Source: Zancudomyces culisetae HAW-14-8 (Eukaryota > Fungi > Kickxellomycota). From it: a stretch of 64,000 bases of DNA. Location of the stretch: positions 1,736,001 to 1,800,000 of the forward strand of contig JBNJNM010000006.1 of the NCBI GenBank assembly GCA_052426225.1, in the 5' to 3' direction. Position 1 is the stretch's first letter. Every line of letters starts with the position of its first letter. A program made the position numbers and the translations under genes. The notes below the pieces were generated by a model. It was given only the letters and a program-made list of their open reading frames with translations. It was not told the DNA's origin and searched no databases. Below, piece after piece: positions 19,360 to 34,598 of this stretch.

Positions 19360-21399
19360 CTATAACTACAATTTAGTTAATAATGTTATTACAATTTGAC
19401 TTATTCTTCAACTACATAGTCTGACTTTGTTTATCTCAGATTATTATATTTACACAACATACATTCATCACTAGTATGATTGTTAAATTGTTAGTTTAAA
19501 ATTTATTTATTATCGTTTTAAATATATAAATATAAATTATCCAATTTATAATAAAGTATTAGGTTATTTAATATTTAGTTTTACGTCTATGTCATTAATA
19601 TTTTGTTAAAACAAACTAAAGATGTTTAAATAGTTTTTTTCCTCAATATAACCACTGACCACTAAGGTATTCAAACTTTACTCATGAATTTTAAATATTT
19701 CTTTCGCCATGTGTTAATTTGTAGCTATAATCTGCTAACTAATCTAACTGATTCGCCAGGAAAAAAAATTTAGCCATTATACTTCAGTATCAGCTTAAAT
19801 TATGTTTTCGGCTTTATGGCATATTCAATTATTCTTTTAATTAAATCTGTATATTTTTATCGGATCATTTAAAAGTTAGTTTCATGTAAAGTGTTTTCTT
19901 AATAAAATTATTATTTTTTTAAAACATATTCTCAAAACTTCTTAACTATTTTAAATAAGTATTGTTTAAATAAGTTGGTTAAAAGAAAATTATTTCTGCA
20001 CTTCATAGCCAATTTCTTATATATTATTTGAACCTACTGTTTTTCGCTCTTTACTAATATTAGCTTTTACTAAACTCTTGCAGTTACTTCATCTGATTTT
20101 ATATCTTTCGATCATATTTGGTTTTTCATTTAATAAGTTTATTTTTCTCTTGTTATATAGTTTACTCTTTTTGATATCATTTACACTTTTTTTTGTTTTT
20201 TCATTATATTTTTTTATATTACTTTATGATATTTCTATTCGATAATTCCAATTGTATGAGGTTATATTTGATTTTATTACTTTTAAGTTAATTAGATGTT
20301 CATTTATACCTTTTGCTTCCACTTGGTTTAAATGATTGCTATATCATCGTTTTAATTTTTTTCAATATATATTTAAGTTGCTAAATCTCAGTTTAAATTA
20401 ATTACTCTATCCATATATATTTTTTTATTGTAGAAGTGTTGTGTTGCAATAAATTACTTGACTTTTAATCTTCATTTGACATTCAATTTCATTTTCTGGT
20501 AATATTTTTTAATGATTTCATATATACATTGTCGGACGTGTCTGGGGTGGCCATACTCCTCGGATGGGTTTCCCATACTCATATATGATGATTAACAATA
20601 GCACCAACAAAGTCAAATGGATCACGTGACTCTGTCTATCTAACTTCATAGAAGTAACTTCAGACTTATCACTGTCGGAAGGGTAACGACCCTCATTCTT
20701 GAATTGCTGAATTATAGCTGATCTGAGTTGCTGCATGAGACCTGACTTGTGATTTTAGTAATTTTAAACTTTTACTATTTACTATTTTAAACTTTTAGCC
20801 GAAGCACTATTATGTTATTATATGACTTTTATATAAAGTTGTACTAAACAAAAATCTTTTTGTTCAATGTCTTTATTTCCTGATATTACTAATACGTTTT
20901 AAACTACTAAAAGAGCTAAGGAATCCTCCATGAGCCTTCCTTTGTATATATATATAATATTTATTAATTTTCACTATGAACCTATTTGCTTATCCTGCTT
21001 AATTTGGTTAATTTTTTTTTTTTCTTCATCCATATTTGGTCGCATTTTCCATTCTCATGTTTTTACTCTTATGATAGTTGATATATACTAATATTATTAA
21101 ATTCATTTATGGTGTTTTTTCATTTTATGATTTTTCTTTTGAAATTTTGATAATAATATTTCCGACATTTTGTGATCAGAAATTTAATTCATGTTTTTGT
21201 TTGTTGAAATAATAGTTAAAACGAATTTCATCATTTTCATTTTTATAATTCCCTTTAAATTCTTTATCTTTCTAAAGTAATTGGATTTTCTAGATCTTAT
21301 ACCCAGAACACTCGACACTACCGTTGCTTGTTATTAAAATTTTTATATCCAGTTTTAAATTGTATCTTTAGGAAAATAGCTCCTTAATAACATTAAATA

Positions 21400-23235
<1,836 letters not shown>

Positions 23236-24518
23236 TAAATTTAAGCATACACGAATATATAGCTGTACATATGTAGTTTTAACTAGAATTAGGTTATCTA
23301 ATTTTTTATTTCTTGATCGGTTTGATTTTTTAACCATACCTATCCTCTCCCCTCCATTCCATACTGCAACAATCACTAGCACTGTTAGAATCTAGTATCT
23401 AAAATCTAGTAGCAACCTCTTTTACTTATCTCGTAGTTATCTTAATTTTATAAACTACATCTTATACATAAGTGAAATTGAGCTGTGAGTAGTTTTATAG
23501 ATTTTAAACGGTTAAACGCACTTTTGATATTATATATGAAACAAAAATTAAAATTAAAAATAGTTATCAATAATCAAGATAGGTCTTCATCTTTTTGCCT
23601 CACAGTTTTTTTTATAATAAGAATTTCATTTGTTTCTGCCTTTCTTACTCAGCTGATGATCTCTCATTTCTTTTGTAAACTTAACCCTTCATGTAAATTA
23701 ACCTTCTTCAGCTCCTTTTTTGTTTTTTTGTTTGTTTTACATCTTTCAGTTTTTTTTTTCGATTGATATTTTCCCGAGAAAAAACACGTAGTAAAATATA
23801 CTTTCTTACTACATAAAAGTGTCCTATCCAGTTTTCTTCAATTTATTTATCTACACATCTATAAAAATATCTGAAAATGGAACAACACCCTACCCGATAC
23901 ATTGTTCTGTACTATTATTCTTACATGTTTGATCTAACATTTAGGTTATTCATGCTGGTGAATTTACCTGTTTGGCATTATACCATTAATGGGTTGCATA
24001 CAAAGTATTTTATTTGACATTTATCAATACTGAAATTTTCACGTGACAATTCCGATTGTTTTTAGGTCATAAATTTATGAGCTGTGAAAATAAAGGATGT
24101 AAAAGCTCAAGCCGTTTATATCAAAAGCTTCAATACGAAATATTCGTCAATTCACTTGTTTTAAAAACTAAACCAGTGAAAATTATTGACAGTATGCACA
24201 TGTTTAAAAAAAAAACAAAAACCCATTACTTCACTTTAAAACCCTTAAATCACCCCTTTGACTTTTTATGAAACAATGTATTTCGGGGGAGGGGATGAAA
24301 GGGAAGGGGTTTATAATGATTTATTAAACATATTTAAGCAAAGCAAGCGATAACTACTATTTTGTTTCATAATAATCAATTCAGTTTAATTCGGTTATAC
24401 TAACTTTTTTTTTCATTTTGTAGCTTTTAAGTTGGAATGAATATAAATCCACAAAGCCACTTACCGAAACCAGAGATATCCCAGTAATACGAATTACTTT
24501 TTCATAACTTGAAGAAAA

Positions 24519-25892
24519 ATGACGGACTGGTTGGGTTTTGCCTACCCCAAAAACGGGACCAAGGATGAACAGCTTAGCTACTTGGCCAAAATCGATGAGC
24601 TTAGAAGTGAATCCACACATTCCTATAAAAAAGACGGTCCCAGAGTTCCAAACTGGTCACTAGAAATGCAAATAACGGTAGATCGATTCAAGTATGAATT
24701 CAAAGCGCTAAAATCAAAAAGTCCCGTAGTTATCACAGAGGAGAACTTTAATGCTGAACTGGTTGGAAATGCCTTTTATACTCTAAGACATTTTGTGACA
24801 GATATAGAAAAGGCAAATAAAAAAGCCAAGCATGAGGTTCATGATTGGCCATACAGTACCAGTAGTTATGATAGCGAAGGTATTTGTGATATTGATACAG
24901 TTGCGCAGAGACTTCCAATTTTTGCGGGTATAATTGATCAGGATCGCAAAGCAGAAAATAATGGTGAAAATCCCGAGGCTCACCACTATGCCGAGGTTGT
25001 TGCTTCTGACACTATAATTGAAGCTATCGGTGACCAGAAGAAAGCATTGTCGTTAGACCCACTAAATGAACACGAAGTGGTAGTAGTTCATTATCATGGC
25101 GGTGGCTATTGCATTGAATCTCCAGGGGTTTATCGCACATCGGCGGCAGAGCTGAGTAACATTACAAATTATCGTGTGATCTTACCGTACTATAGATTGG
25201 CTCCAGAGCATCCATTTCCAGCGGCAATCTATGATGGATACATGTTTTTAAAGTACTTGCACAAGTTGGGCTACAAGCCGGAAAACATTGTCTTTTTTGG
25301 TGATAGTGCAGGCGGAAATCTCGTGATGGAGCTATTGTTGGTGCTGAATGCACTTGGCGAAGCTCAACCAAGAGCATGTATTTCTTTTTCACCATGGTCA
25401 GATCTGTCTGTTTCAACAGAGGCTTGGAAAAGAAATGTAGAATATGATTTTCTTGCGTACATCCCCATGGATAATGTTCGTAACTCATCCCGCTTATATG
25501 TTGCACCAGGAGAACCGTTAACTGATAAGGTTAGAGAAATGTTTAAACAGCCGTTTGTAAGTCCCAATTATGGCGATTTTTCTTTCCCAGGGTGTGCTCC
25601 TATGTATGTCATAGGAGGAGAGCTAGAAATGCTTATTGATGACATTGATGCCTTTGCAGCAAAGAATGGTGTGAAACAAACTTTCATCAAAGGAAGAACA
25701 CATCCTGGGTTTGATTTTGCATCCTCAACCAAGACTAATACTGGTGGAAATTCTCTTGATAATATGATTATTTATGAAAAATACGCTGGGATGATACATG
25801 TGTTCTTCATCTTTGATGAACCTGACGAAAAATACGCTGTTCTGGAGGGCATCAATAGTTTTTTGCAGCATATTGATAAAAGTAGAGCCTGA
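24519..25892 (+). CDS. Alpha/beta hydrolase of the HSL/GDXG family (acetyl esterase/lipase-like), intronless
   Basis: HGGGY oxyanion motif, YRLAPEHPFPAA, GDSAGG nucleophile elbow, C-terminal GMIHVF. Confidence 0.92.
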   Translation: MTDWLGFAYPKNGTKDEQLSYLAKIDELRSESTHSYKKDGPRVPNWSLEMQITVDRFKYEFKALKSKSPVVITEENFNAELVGNAFYTLRHFVTDIEKANKKAKHEVHDWPYSTSSYDSEGICDIDTVAQRLPIFAGIIDQDRKAENNGENPEAHHYAEVVASDTIIEAIGDQKKALSLDPLNEHEVVVVHYHGGGYCIESPGVYRTSAAELSNITNYRVILPYYRLAPEHPFPAAIYDGYMFLKYLHKLGYKPENIVFFGDSAGGNLVMELLLVLNALGEAQPRACISFSPWSDLSVSTEAWKRNVEYDFLAYIPMDNVRNSSRLYVAPGEPLTDKVREMFKQPFVSPNYGDFSFPGCAPMYVIGGELEMLIDDIDAFAAKNGVKQTFIKGRTHPGFDFASSTKTNTGGNSLDNMIIYEKYAGMIHVFFIFDEPDEKYAVLEGINSFLQHIDKSRA

Positions 25893-26035
25893 AAAAATTC
25901 TGAATCCAAATTAGGATTACATGTTTCTCTTATAATTAATTAACTTTATTTTTCAGATAATCAAGCAGATCAAACATGGAAATGTATGATATATAATTTT
26001 TTTTTAAAAAATTGATAACAAAAAAAATAAAGTTT

Positions 26036-27965
26036 TTAGTGTTGTGAGTTCTTAGATGCAAGGAGTGCAGAAAGGTCGCTCTTATCATTGGGTGTACCGA
26101 TAAGCGTTATTTGTCCGACACATGTCACCTCGCTACCACCAACATTATCCTCAACAAATACCGACAACGAATCAATCTTTTGGAACCGGACAAACTTGAC
26201 CTTTTCCAATGCCCCATTCCCATTGTAATCGTTTTCTGAAAAGATCAATGTGTCAGTTGGCTCAACTGATTCTGCATCCTCGAACCCAACATTCGGTAAA
26301 TTGGCATATAGTTTTACGGTTTTTGGCCCACTATTTTCCAAGCCTACGTAGTGGTAAAAATTTATTGCTCATATGTAGTAATATTTTTTCCAATTTTCTG
26401 TCGAAATAGAATCGACCAGCCAATGAAACACGTTGAACTAGGAGAAAAATACAATAATAGAGGATAAAACTAGGATAAAGTCGTACCTTTCGGAACCTTA
26501 ATACAAATGGCATACAATTTCACCGTTTGGCTAAACTTGAAGTGAAAAACCAGCTGTTCGTCCACATCACTAGTTATATGAGTATTGTCATTCTTGAATA
26601 TCGACTCCACATTGGTCTCTTCGGTGCTATTCAAACACTCTGCTTGAGACTTGATTATGTATTCATTCAAATCACCCTAAGTTATCAGAATAAACTCAGA
26701 ATTTTTATCGGAAAATAACATGAAATCAACTGATACAAAAAAAAACATAAATAGTCCTGTAACAACGGAGGAGAAGGCAGGGAGGGTTATCACGAAATAC
26801 GAGAGTTGATTTGGATATTATAAAACTAGAACTATTCACTTACATGACCCACACATCCTTCAAATTCGTTCTTTTGTGATGTAGAGCTGCCTCCTAAGTA
26901 ATAAAAAAAATCCCCATCATAAAAAGTCATGACTCAGAGGATAGTGTTTAGACGTAATTACCTCCTGTCACATTGGTTTTAAGCTGTTTTATTGTGCTTT
27001 CTAACTTTCTGGGATCCGCCCCTGAAAATTCAGATGCTTTTTTACCATTGATATAGAACTACAGTACAGAAAGTAGACTGCTCAGTACATGTTTGAACTG
27101 ATGTGTACAGTTATATAGGTTTTTGAGGAATACCAACTCATATATGGGGTTATAAGGTTTGATGCAAGAGCAGTAATAAATGATTTAAAAAGTAGATAGT
27201 ATAAAAAAAAATTGAATATAAAAAAATACCTGAAAAGTTGGCCTAATAGCAGGATGTCAGTTACATCAAGTTTATTTTCATATTCTTATATTAGTATATG
27301 CACATAAAAGTATGTTGTAAATTCGAAATAAATAGGATATTCTGTTACATTGACCGAATTCCACATGAGCTTGAGATTTCCTATAACATTATTAGAAGAA
27401 TACTATCGGTTTATAATCAGACTCGGTGATTAAATACTTATATCCTGATCTCTATACCTTTTGCTGGTCTACATCCACCTATAATTTATTCTGTTAAGTT
27501 TAATTTTGAAAATTTTAACCTTGATCCGCTCACTCCAGGAAACCCAGAAGGTTTGATCGAATGAGTATTGTATACATAGCAGAAAAAAAATTTAATACCT
27601 CAACAAAAAGAACTTCTGGGTATTGCTCCGAAAGTTTGGCAAAATATGGCGCAATCATCTTACACGGGGGGCACCCTAAGTCATATATTTCCAGCAATAT
27701 TAGTGAGCTATGAAGTAAATATCGAGACCGAGATATAATCTTACTTTCTTTTTCCTACTTACAAGTTGCGGTAAACTTTACGGCAAGCTTAATGAATTGT
27801 CAAGTTATATAATGATTAATTTCGAGTTATAATCGCAAAGAAAAACAAAACAAATTTCAACACATGCCACTTTGTTAATATTTATAAGTGACTTACTGGT
27901 TTGCTTTTGGATTGTGCCAAATAGCTTAGAAATTCGGCTTTGCTTTTTATTTCAACAACACCCAT
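26036..27965 (-). CDS. TXNL1: Thioredoxin-like protein 1 (thioredoxin + PITH domain), about 10 exons
   Basis: Spliced MGVVEIKSK...LAVKFTAT-WCPPCKMIAP...VDVDQQK...MPTFQ-FYING...GADPRKLE, then PITH ECLN...SDVDEQL...GPKTVKLY...VRFQKIDSL; GT-AG introns. Confidence 0.9.
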
Positions 27966-28426
27966 AATGTTTTCAATTTTCAGTTAAACCTAAATGTGAT
28001 TTTCGCGTATATGTGCTTGTGTAAAAGAAGGATACATTAAATGAGTTTTTTACCTCCTTGACCTGTTAGATAAAGTTGCGGTAATTAAATTGAAATTAAC
28101 GCAAAAGAACAAGCAATAATTGGGAATATTTTTTATTTTTTTTTATTTTAGCATTTAATTATAATTTTAATATTTTTACATTTTCACGCTATTTGTTTTC
28201 ATTAGCTAAATTAATTTAAAGTATAGACTAAAGCAAATGTTCTACTACTGGAACTGCAAGTAAAAAGCAGTATTTTAAAACCAAAACTAAAAGAAAAGAC
28301 TAAAATAAATACCAAAAGTTTAAAAGCATATAGTCTCGGTTAACACTTTTTTTAAAATGCGCTATATTCGTCTTCACTCTTATCCACCACCAAACCATCT
28401 GCCGATCAAAGAAGCACGTTGCTTTC

Positions 28427-29044
28427 TCAAAATTGTATTACACCTTGGTTTTTTCTTCTCATCCCTTCCACTACGCTCAAAAGTATATTGTTGACATTCT
28501 CAATAGATCCAGCAGGATTACCACCAATAATAGAACCATCAGACACATCTTCCATCACAACAGCACCAGGTTCAATCACAACGTCATTTCCAATAGTAAT
28601 TCCCGGGAGGATGACAGTACCTGCACCAATCCATACATTGTTCCCTATCTTAACGGGTCTTGCACGCTCAAGTCCGGCTTTACGCATATCCGGATCCTGT
28701 GGATATGTAGTCGTATAAATTTGTACTGCACACCCACATATCACATTATCGCCAATATCGACACGAGCACAGTCCAGTATAACAAGGTTGGAGCCTGCAC
28801 GGAATCTTTTGCCTACGTGTATGTTTACTCCATAGGCAAAGTGTATATTTCCGCCGATATATGTGTCATCATGCGCAGTACCCAGTAGCCTTCTTTTGGC
28901 GTCCATTTGTGATTTTTCATCGTAGCCGGATGACTGGAGCTGGGCAATACGAAGTTTGGTTTCTTTTCGTGCTCTGGTAACATAGGGATCGGAGGTACTG
29001 TAATACTCACCAGTCAACATTTTATCCCATTCTGTAGTGTCCAT
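28427..29044 (-). CDS. Maltose/galactoside O-acetyltransferase-like left-handed beta-helix protein
   Basis: EWDKMLTGEYY N-terminus, YGVNIHVG, ILDCARVDIGDNV, PVKIGNNVWIG, LPGITIG, GNPA; intronless. Confidence 0.88.
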   Translation of the reverse strand: MDTTEWDKMLTGEYYSTSDPYVTRARKETKLRIAQLQSSGYDEKSQMDAKRRLLGTAHDDTYIGGNIHFAYGVNIHVGKRFRAGSNLVILDCARVDIGDNVICGCAVQIYTTTYPQDPDMRKAGLERARPVKIGNNVWIGAGTVILPGITIGNDVVIEPGAVVMEDVSDGSIIGGNPAGSIENVNNILLSVVEGMRRKNQGVIQF

Positions 29045-29931
29045 GCTATTTACTTTGAATAATTTTTTTTTAAGGCTAAAATAGTTTGGACTGATGCTTT
29101 AACCTCAGTTTAAATTATATGTTGAGCTATATTTTGCCCTGTTTACTTGTTCTTGTGATCACATTCGTTCTCACAACATCCTGGTAACGATGAAACAAGT
29201 TAATCTACTAAAAATCGACATTTTGATTTTATTTGATTTGCCACCACCGATGCTTTTAGTGCTGATCTTTGGTAGTGGGAAATTAGCTGGCCTGATAACT
29301 AAGGATTGGTTAATAAACAACTTCAAAACGAAAAGGGAAATTCTTGCTAGCTCCGAGGCGTCCATAATAAATATTTTATCACCAAGTACACCATACACCC
29401 AATTTATCCAAATACTAGTAGAGTAAGATTTTAAAACTGCTTACTGATCATACGTTATCAATATTATATTTTCTTATATGTAAAAGATTATGTTCGCATT
29501 GCGATGTACTGAATATACCATGATTTGGGAAGAAAAATCTCATCATATTAACTACCTTTAGTTATTCTTTTCTTTTTACCATTCCAATAGTGAAGATGGT
29601 CACTTGCAACTATTAATGAACGGACTGCAAGAACGCCCCAGATCAATATATTTGTCTCTAGCATATAATACATTTTTATTCTAACATATAAAACATTTAT
29701 TCACTATTCACTCGATGTCAATTCATATCAAAATTCTAAGTAAGCTTTTTCAAACTCCAACCAACCAAAATGAGAATGCATGTACAAATGGCCAAGATTC
29801 AGATAAAATTACGCCACTGAATGCAATAATGTTACAGCAGCTCGGACGAAAAGGCACGTTTGCCCCCCCCCCTTCCTCTATTACCCGGGAAAAGAAAAGA
29901 AAATTTTATGAAAATATTAATAGTTGCTTTT

Positions 29932-30909
29932 CTAGTCTTCAGAACCTTCACTATCCGAACCACTTGAGCAATCGGATATCCCTTCTAAATCATCACCAAA
30001 CAAAGAGAGCGCCGGAACTCGACCAGTAGGATCTACACCAACACTAGACTTCCCTGACTCACCACCACTGCTTTCTGCGTTTCCCCCGTCTTTAGCTGAG
30101 TCTGTAGTTGATGCTGTCAACGCTAAATATTTAGAAGAATAAATTTAGTTTGGGTTGGAGCTGGAAATGCTTGGAAATTTCACAATTTGCCTGAATAAAG
30201 CAGACTAGAATTATACCTATACAAGAAAAAAAGCGTGTGTGAGTTACCTTTCTTAGTTAGCTCGCGGGTTCGCCTAGTAATATTCTCTTTCTGCTTTCCA
30301 AATTCATCATAGTCGAACTTGACCTTTTTGGGAGCTGGATCAATCAGTGCCTTTTCTATCTTTTTCTTTCTTTTCTCTCTTATGCTATTTTCTTCCTTTT
30401 TAGCAAGTTCTGCGCTCTGTGCAAGACTATTGGTGTTTACAGGCCCAAGATTAGGTTGTAGAAAAAATATATATTAATTTAAAAGGTAGTAGTTAAAATA
30501 TCTTGTACCTTTTTGCTGCTCTTACAACGATCAATCGCCTTCCTGTCAGGTCTCTACAACTGTCAAAATTGCTTGTCTGTGCAGACGACATTTTTCCGCC
30601 CTGGGCTCTCAGCATACTCCCAAAACCACCTTTACCACCAACTACCAGCATTTTTATGTTGATTTCAAAAAATCCATCTTGTTCATGTTCGAAAACCGTT
30701 TTATGCAGGCTGTTTTTCGACGCCAGCTCAAGACCTCCTAAGGTTTGCATTCTAAATAATTCAAAGAATTGACTTCTTTTGATATTCATCCTGTCCTCAA
30801 TCATCTCCACCAACTCAGCGTATTTAGTATCTAGATTGACACCAACTGTCAGGGATTTTCCCTCTGGAAACCGTAAGCCGACTTGTCTTTGCTTAAGTTG
30901 TTTCTCCAT
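29932..30909 (-). CDS. SDE2: SDE2-family protein (ubiquitin-fold precursor), 3 exons
   Basis: GGKGGFGSMLRAQG...NFDSCRDLTGRRL signature after a UBL-sized N-terminus; lysine-rich second exon. Confidence 0.9.
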
Positions 30910-32602
30910 CCTCTGTATGTACCAAAATATAGCGTGTGATTTTTGCCTACTCCACTGGTTTATTTAGTTTTAAGATTCTTAGAAAAAATATAGTTTTTTT
31001 TTTGCTCTTTTTTCCGGGAATATTAATCCTCTAAAAACCCATTATTCTTGCAATTTCATTTGAAAATAAATATTATCACAAGACTGAAAAAGTTAATAGT
31101 ATTACCAAATGACAACAGAGAATAGCAACAAAATTAAAAACTGAAGCAAAAAAAAATTGCATTAGGAATTTGAGAAAATAACTGTTACAGTTGCCTGAAC
31201 AAACATCACAAGTGCATTCTTTTGAGATGAAAGTTGTGATCTATGGGGCAACTACGATGTTTGTGTACCTATTACTATGCGTTATGCTATTCATCCAGTG
31301 GACTTTGCAGCAAAAGCACTCATGCTTATTTCTACATCTATAGTGTAGTTGGCTCTTTTTATGCTAGAAGACGATATTTGAAGAGCTTGAGCAGGAATGT
31401 TTACAAGTACTTGGTTAGTTTACGACAGTACCCAGTATACTTTATGACAGTTGATGTTTTGCTTTAGTGTATACTATTTAAATAAAGGAGAGAGGTCAGT
31501 TAATTGTGGTTGTAGACATGAATCTGTAGCAAACTTTGGAGGGGGGGAGGAAGGTACTCTTTTCTTGCCCAGCTAGAGGCTAGGCTTTTAGGCGAGATTT
31601 GAGGATTGTGAAATGTTGGGGAGGGGTGTTCATTTATTTTCTCCACATTTCTGTCATGATTTCTATTCCATTTCCATTAACGTTAGAGTACTTGTGCTTG
31701 TGGCATAAAATATTTTGCCAGCAAAGCCGAAAGTGGAGCTACCAATCGAACATAAAAGGGTGAATTATGATACCCAATATTGCTAGTACTATTCCTTACT
31801 GGAATTTTTTTTTATTGCTTCTTTGTAGTATGCGTCCTTTACCCACTATGATATTATATTGGCGAGTTTGTAATAGAGGAAACAAATATATGCAACCTAA
31901 TGCAAATATGTACTATTTATCTCAGTTAGGGATGAAAAACAGTATTCAGATGCAGCATAAGAAAACAGTAACGTCGTGCAACTCTCCTCCCCCACCCCTC
32001 CTCACAAATGAGCCTTAGCTGGTATTTTGAAATACCTACCTTCAAAAAAAAGAGCAAATTATACTCAGAGCAACTCTAGTCGGCATATTCAGTGTTTATA
32101 TGGCATCCACCATCCATCTAGTCCCCAATGACCTACACACATATCACTTAGTTTTTACATCCTCCCCGCCTGTTCTTACCCCTTTCTGTACCTACAAGCA
32201 AAACCTTGCTGTCGCCTATTTAAGAATTAGCCACTGGGGTAAATTCTGGAAATTCTGTTCTCATTTAGCAAAATGGGGAAATGCACTTTTGATCAAAAAT
32301 AAAAAGTTGAGGGAATTTTGCCAATCACCAACAAATTTTTATCAAAGCACAGCATTTTACCCTCCAGTTAAAATTGTGCATTCTTTGAGCCAGAACTGCT
32401 ATTACAACAAGTATTACAAATATTAAAGAAAATGCCTAGGCCGTGACCATTCATTAATGGGAAATATCTGTAATTTATTTTTCTTTGTTCGGTTTTCCTA
32501 AACTCTTTTGAAAGTAAAGTTTAATCTAACACCACACACAATTAAATCATTTATTTTGCCATAAAACAAACTCGGCTATTTCTTCAACACTGGAAATTCA
32601 TA

Positions 32603-33914
32603 ATGCAACGTTTATCGCCTCAGGTTCATTCAGATATGGCACTACTAAAACACAGAGCACTAGATAACAACGATGTGTACATTGAGCTTGGACCAAGTAT
32701 TCGGACCATGAACGCACAAAGACTGGGAGTTGATGACATGTATCAAGCGGAGCTTGAAGAATTAGGCCTTGCGAATAGCTTTCTTTCGGAAGAAGAAAGT
32801 TTTTCTGTCTCACCTCGAATAGATACGCATCAAGAAAGGGGATATTGGCGACTAAAATCACTACTGAAATTTTCGGGTTTTATAAAGGGTGCTCCAGGGT
32901 ACCACTGGAAATGGTTACCACTCGTCTCATTTGGTGTAGCCATGCTTATTGGATTTATAACATTATACGCGTATAGAGTTGAAATAGCCAAGGCTGCAAC
33001 TGTATTAGCTGTATGGTTTAAGAATGCTTCTACATGGTAAATTTGCTGATTTGCTACACAAAAAAATATGATATAAGAATATGATATATATTCAAACGAT
33101 TATCTTCTTTTATTCACCTATGTATTAAATTATATAATTATTATAGGGGATATGTATTATATACACTAATAATGTTTGCTTTGTGCTTCCCGCCGACTTT
33201 TGGGTACGGAAATGCCATTACGTTTTCTGGGTTTGTGTTTGGTTTCCCTCACGGGTTTATTCCCGTATTTCTGGGTGCAGTTATCGGATCAACTTGCTGC
33301 TTTCTTTTGGGAAGAAAAATCAGTAAAAAATACATTAACTACTTGATGAGCTCTAGCAAAAAACTAGTTACTTTTGCACGAATTGTCGAGAAAAAGGGCT
33401 TTAAGGTAATTTTTAAATATACTCTCAATTAACTTATTTTTCGCACCAAACATTGCACTTCTATCTACAAAAAAAAGGTAAAATGTTATTAGCTAAAACT
33501 CTATCACGATATACAATAACCGAATAGTATATCTTGCTAATAAGACTGGCACCGTATCCATTTAACATGGTTAATCTGGTTCTTAGTTCATTGAATATTT
33601 CTCTGTTCCACTTCGTTCTTGCTACGATGATTTCGCTTTTAAAGGTGCTGCTTCATATATACATTGGTTCTACCCTAAAGAACATCACTGCCATCTTCAT
33701 TAGTGATGAAACACTCGTAGACCCTTCCACCGGCCAACCAGGTAATCCAAAGCCTCGTGAAATTCCTGTAGCAAACTTTGTTCTTTTGGGTTTATCATCT
33801 GCTTTTGGGTTCTTTACGTTTATCTTTTTCTACTTCCTTGTTGAGAAGGAAATAGAAAAGTCGAAAAAACTTCACACATTCGAAGAGGTTGAATATGAAG
33901 CTCTTCGCGACTAA
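32603..33914 (+). CDS. TVP38: TVP38/TMEM64-like VTT (DedA, SNARE-associated) Golgi membrane protein, 3 exons
   Basis: FPPTFGYG...SGFVFG...G...GS..CFLLGR and LIRLAPYPFNMVN motifs; GT-AG introns between the three ORF pieces. Confidence 0.87.
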
Positions 33915-34568
33915 TAGGAAAACTACCAAATTTTAATCACCTCCATGTACTTTGGATCTTTTGGTGCTTAAAAACGTGCCTGAATATCCCCTAAAAGGAT
34001 TCTTTTTTGGCATCACAACATTTTTATATATTTTTTTTGCGGAAGCGCCTTGATCTATACTAGACTAGAATACCAACCGCTTGTGTTGGCAGGAATGTAT
34101 TTTTTTTTACAGTTTTATAGCTTTTACCACAACATTTTTACAACGATCGAATATAATACTACAAGCTAATATGATGTGGTGTGACCATTCTTATATAAAG
34201 ATTAAAGGAAGATTTGGATAAATATAAGACTAGTCATGGAGTCCTTATATATTAGAAGGGTTAAATAATGAGCAGTATACTACCCTTAGAATATTTAAAA
34301 AGTAATTTCAACTTTGATACTTGTGTCCGTGTCGCTTTTCTGATTTTACTAGTTCTGTACATGTTCTTGCAGTGCAGCTTCCAAGTAGAAACCTAACTGT
34401 ATTTTTTTCCTTTTTGAAAAAGCGCTTGGTTAACACACACTATTTATCACATAACTTTACGCGGTGGTTACAGCTGTAGTGTAGTCGTACATGTATTACA
34501 TTTTCTACTGTGAGAATAATCAAAAAGTAACCACTTCCCGAATACTTGAACTTATGGTTATTATTATA

Positions 34569-34598
34569 TAGTGTAGTGTAGTGTAGTGTAGTGTAGTG
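34569..34598 (+). repeat. (TAGTG)6 microsatellite
   Basis: Direct reading. Confidence 0.9.

Noticed and set aside
29237-29245. PACE/Rpn4 motif GGTGGCAAA on the minus strand
   Set aside because: A single 9-mer, 1.3 kb from the proteasome-associated TXNL1 with another gene in between; could be chance.
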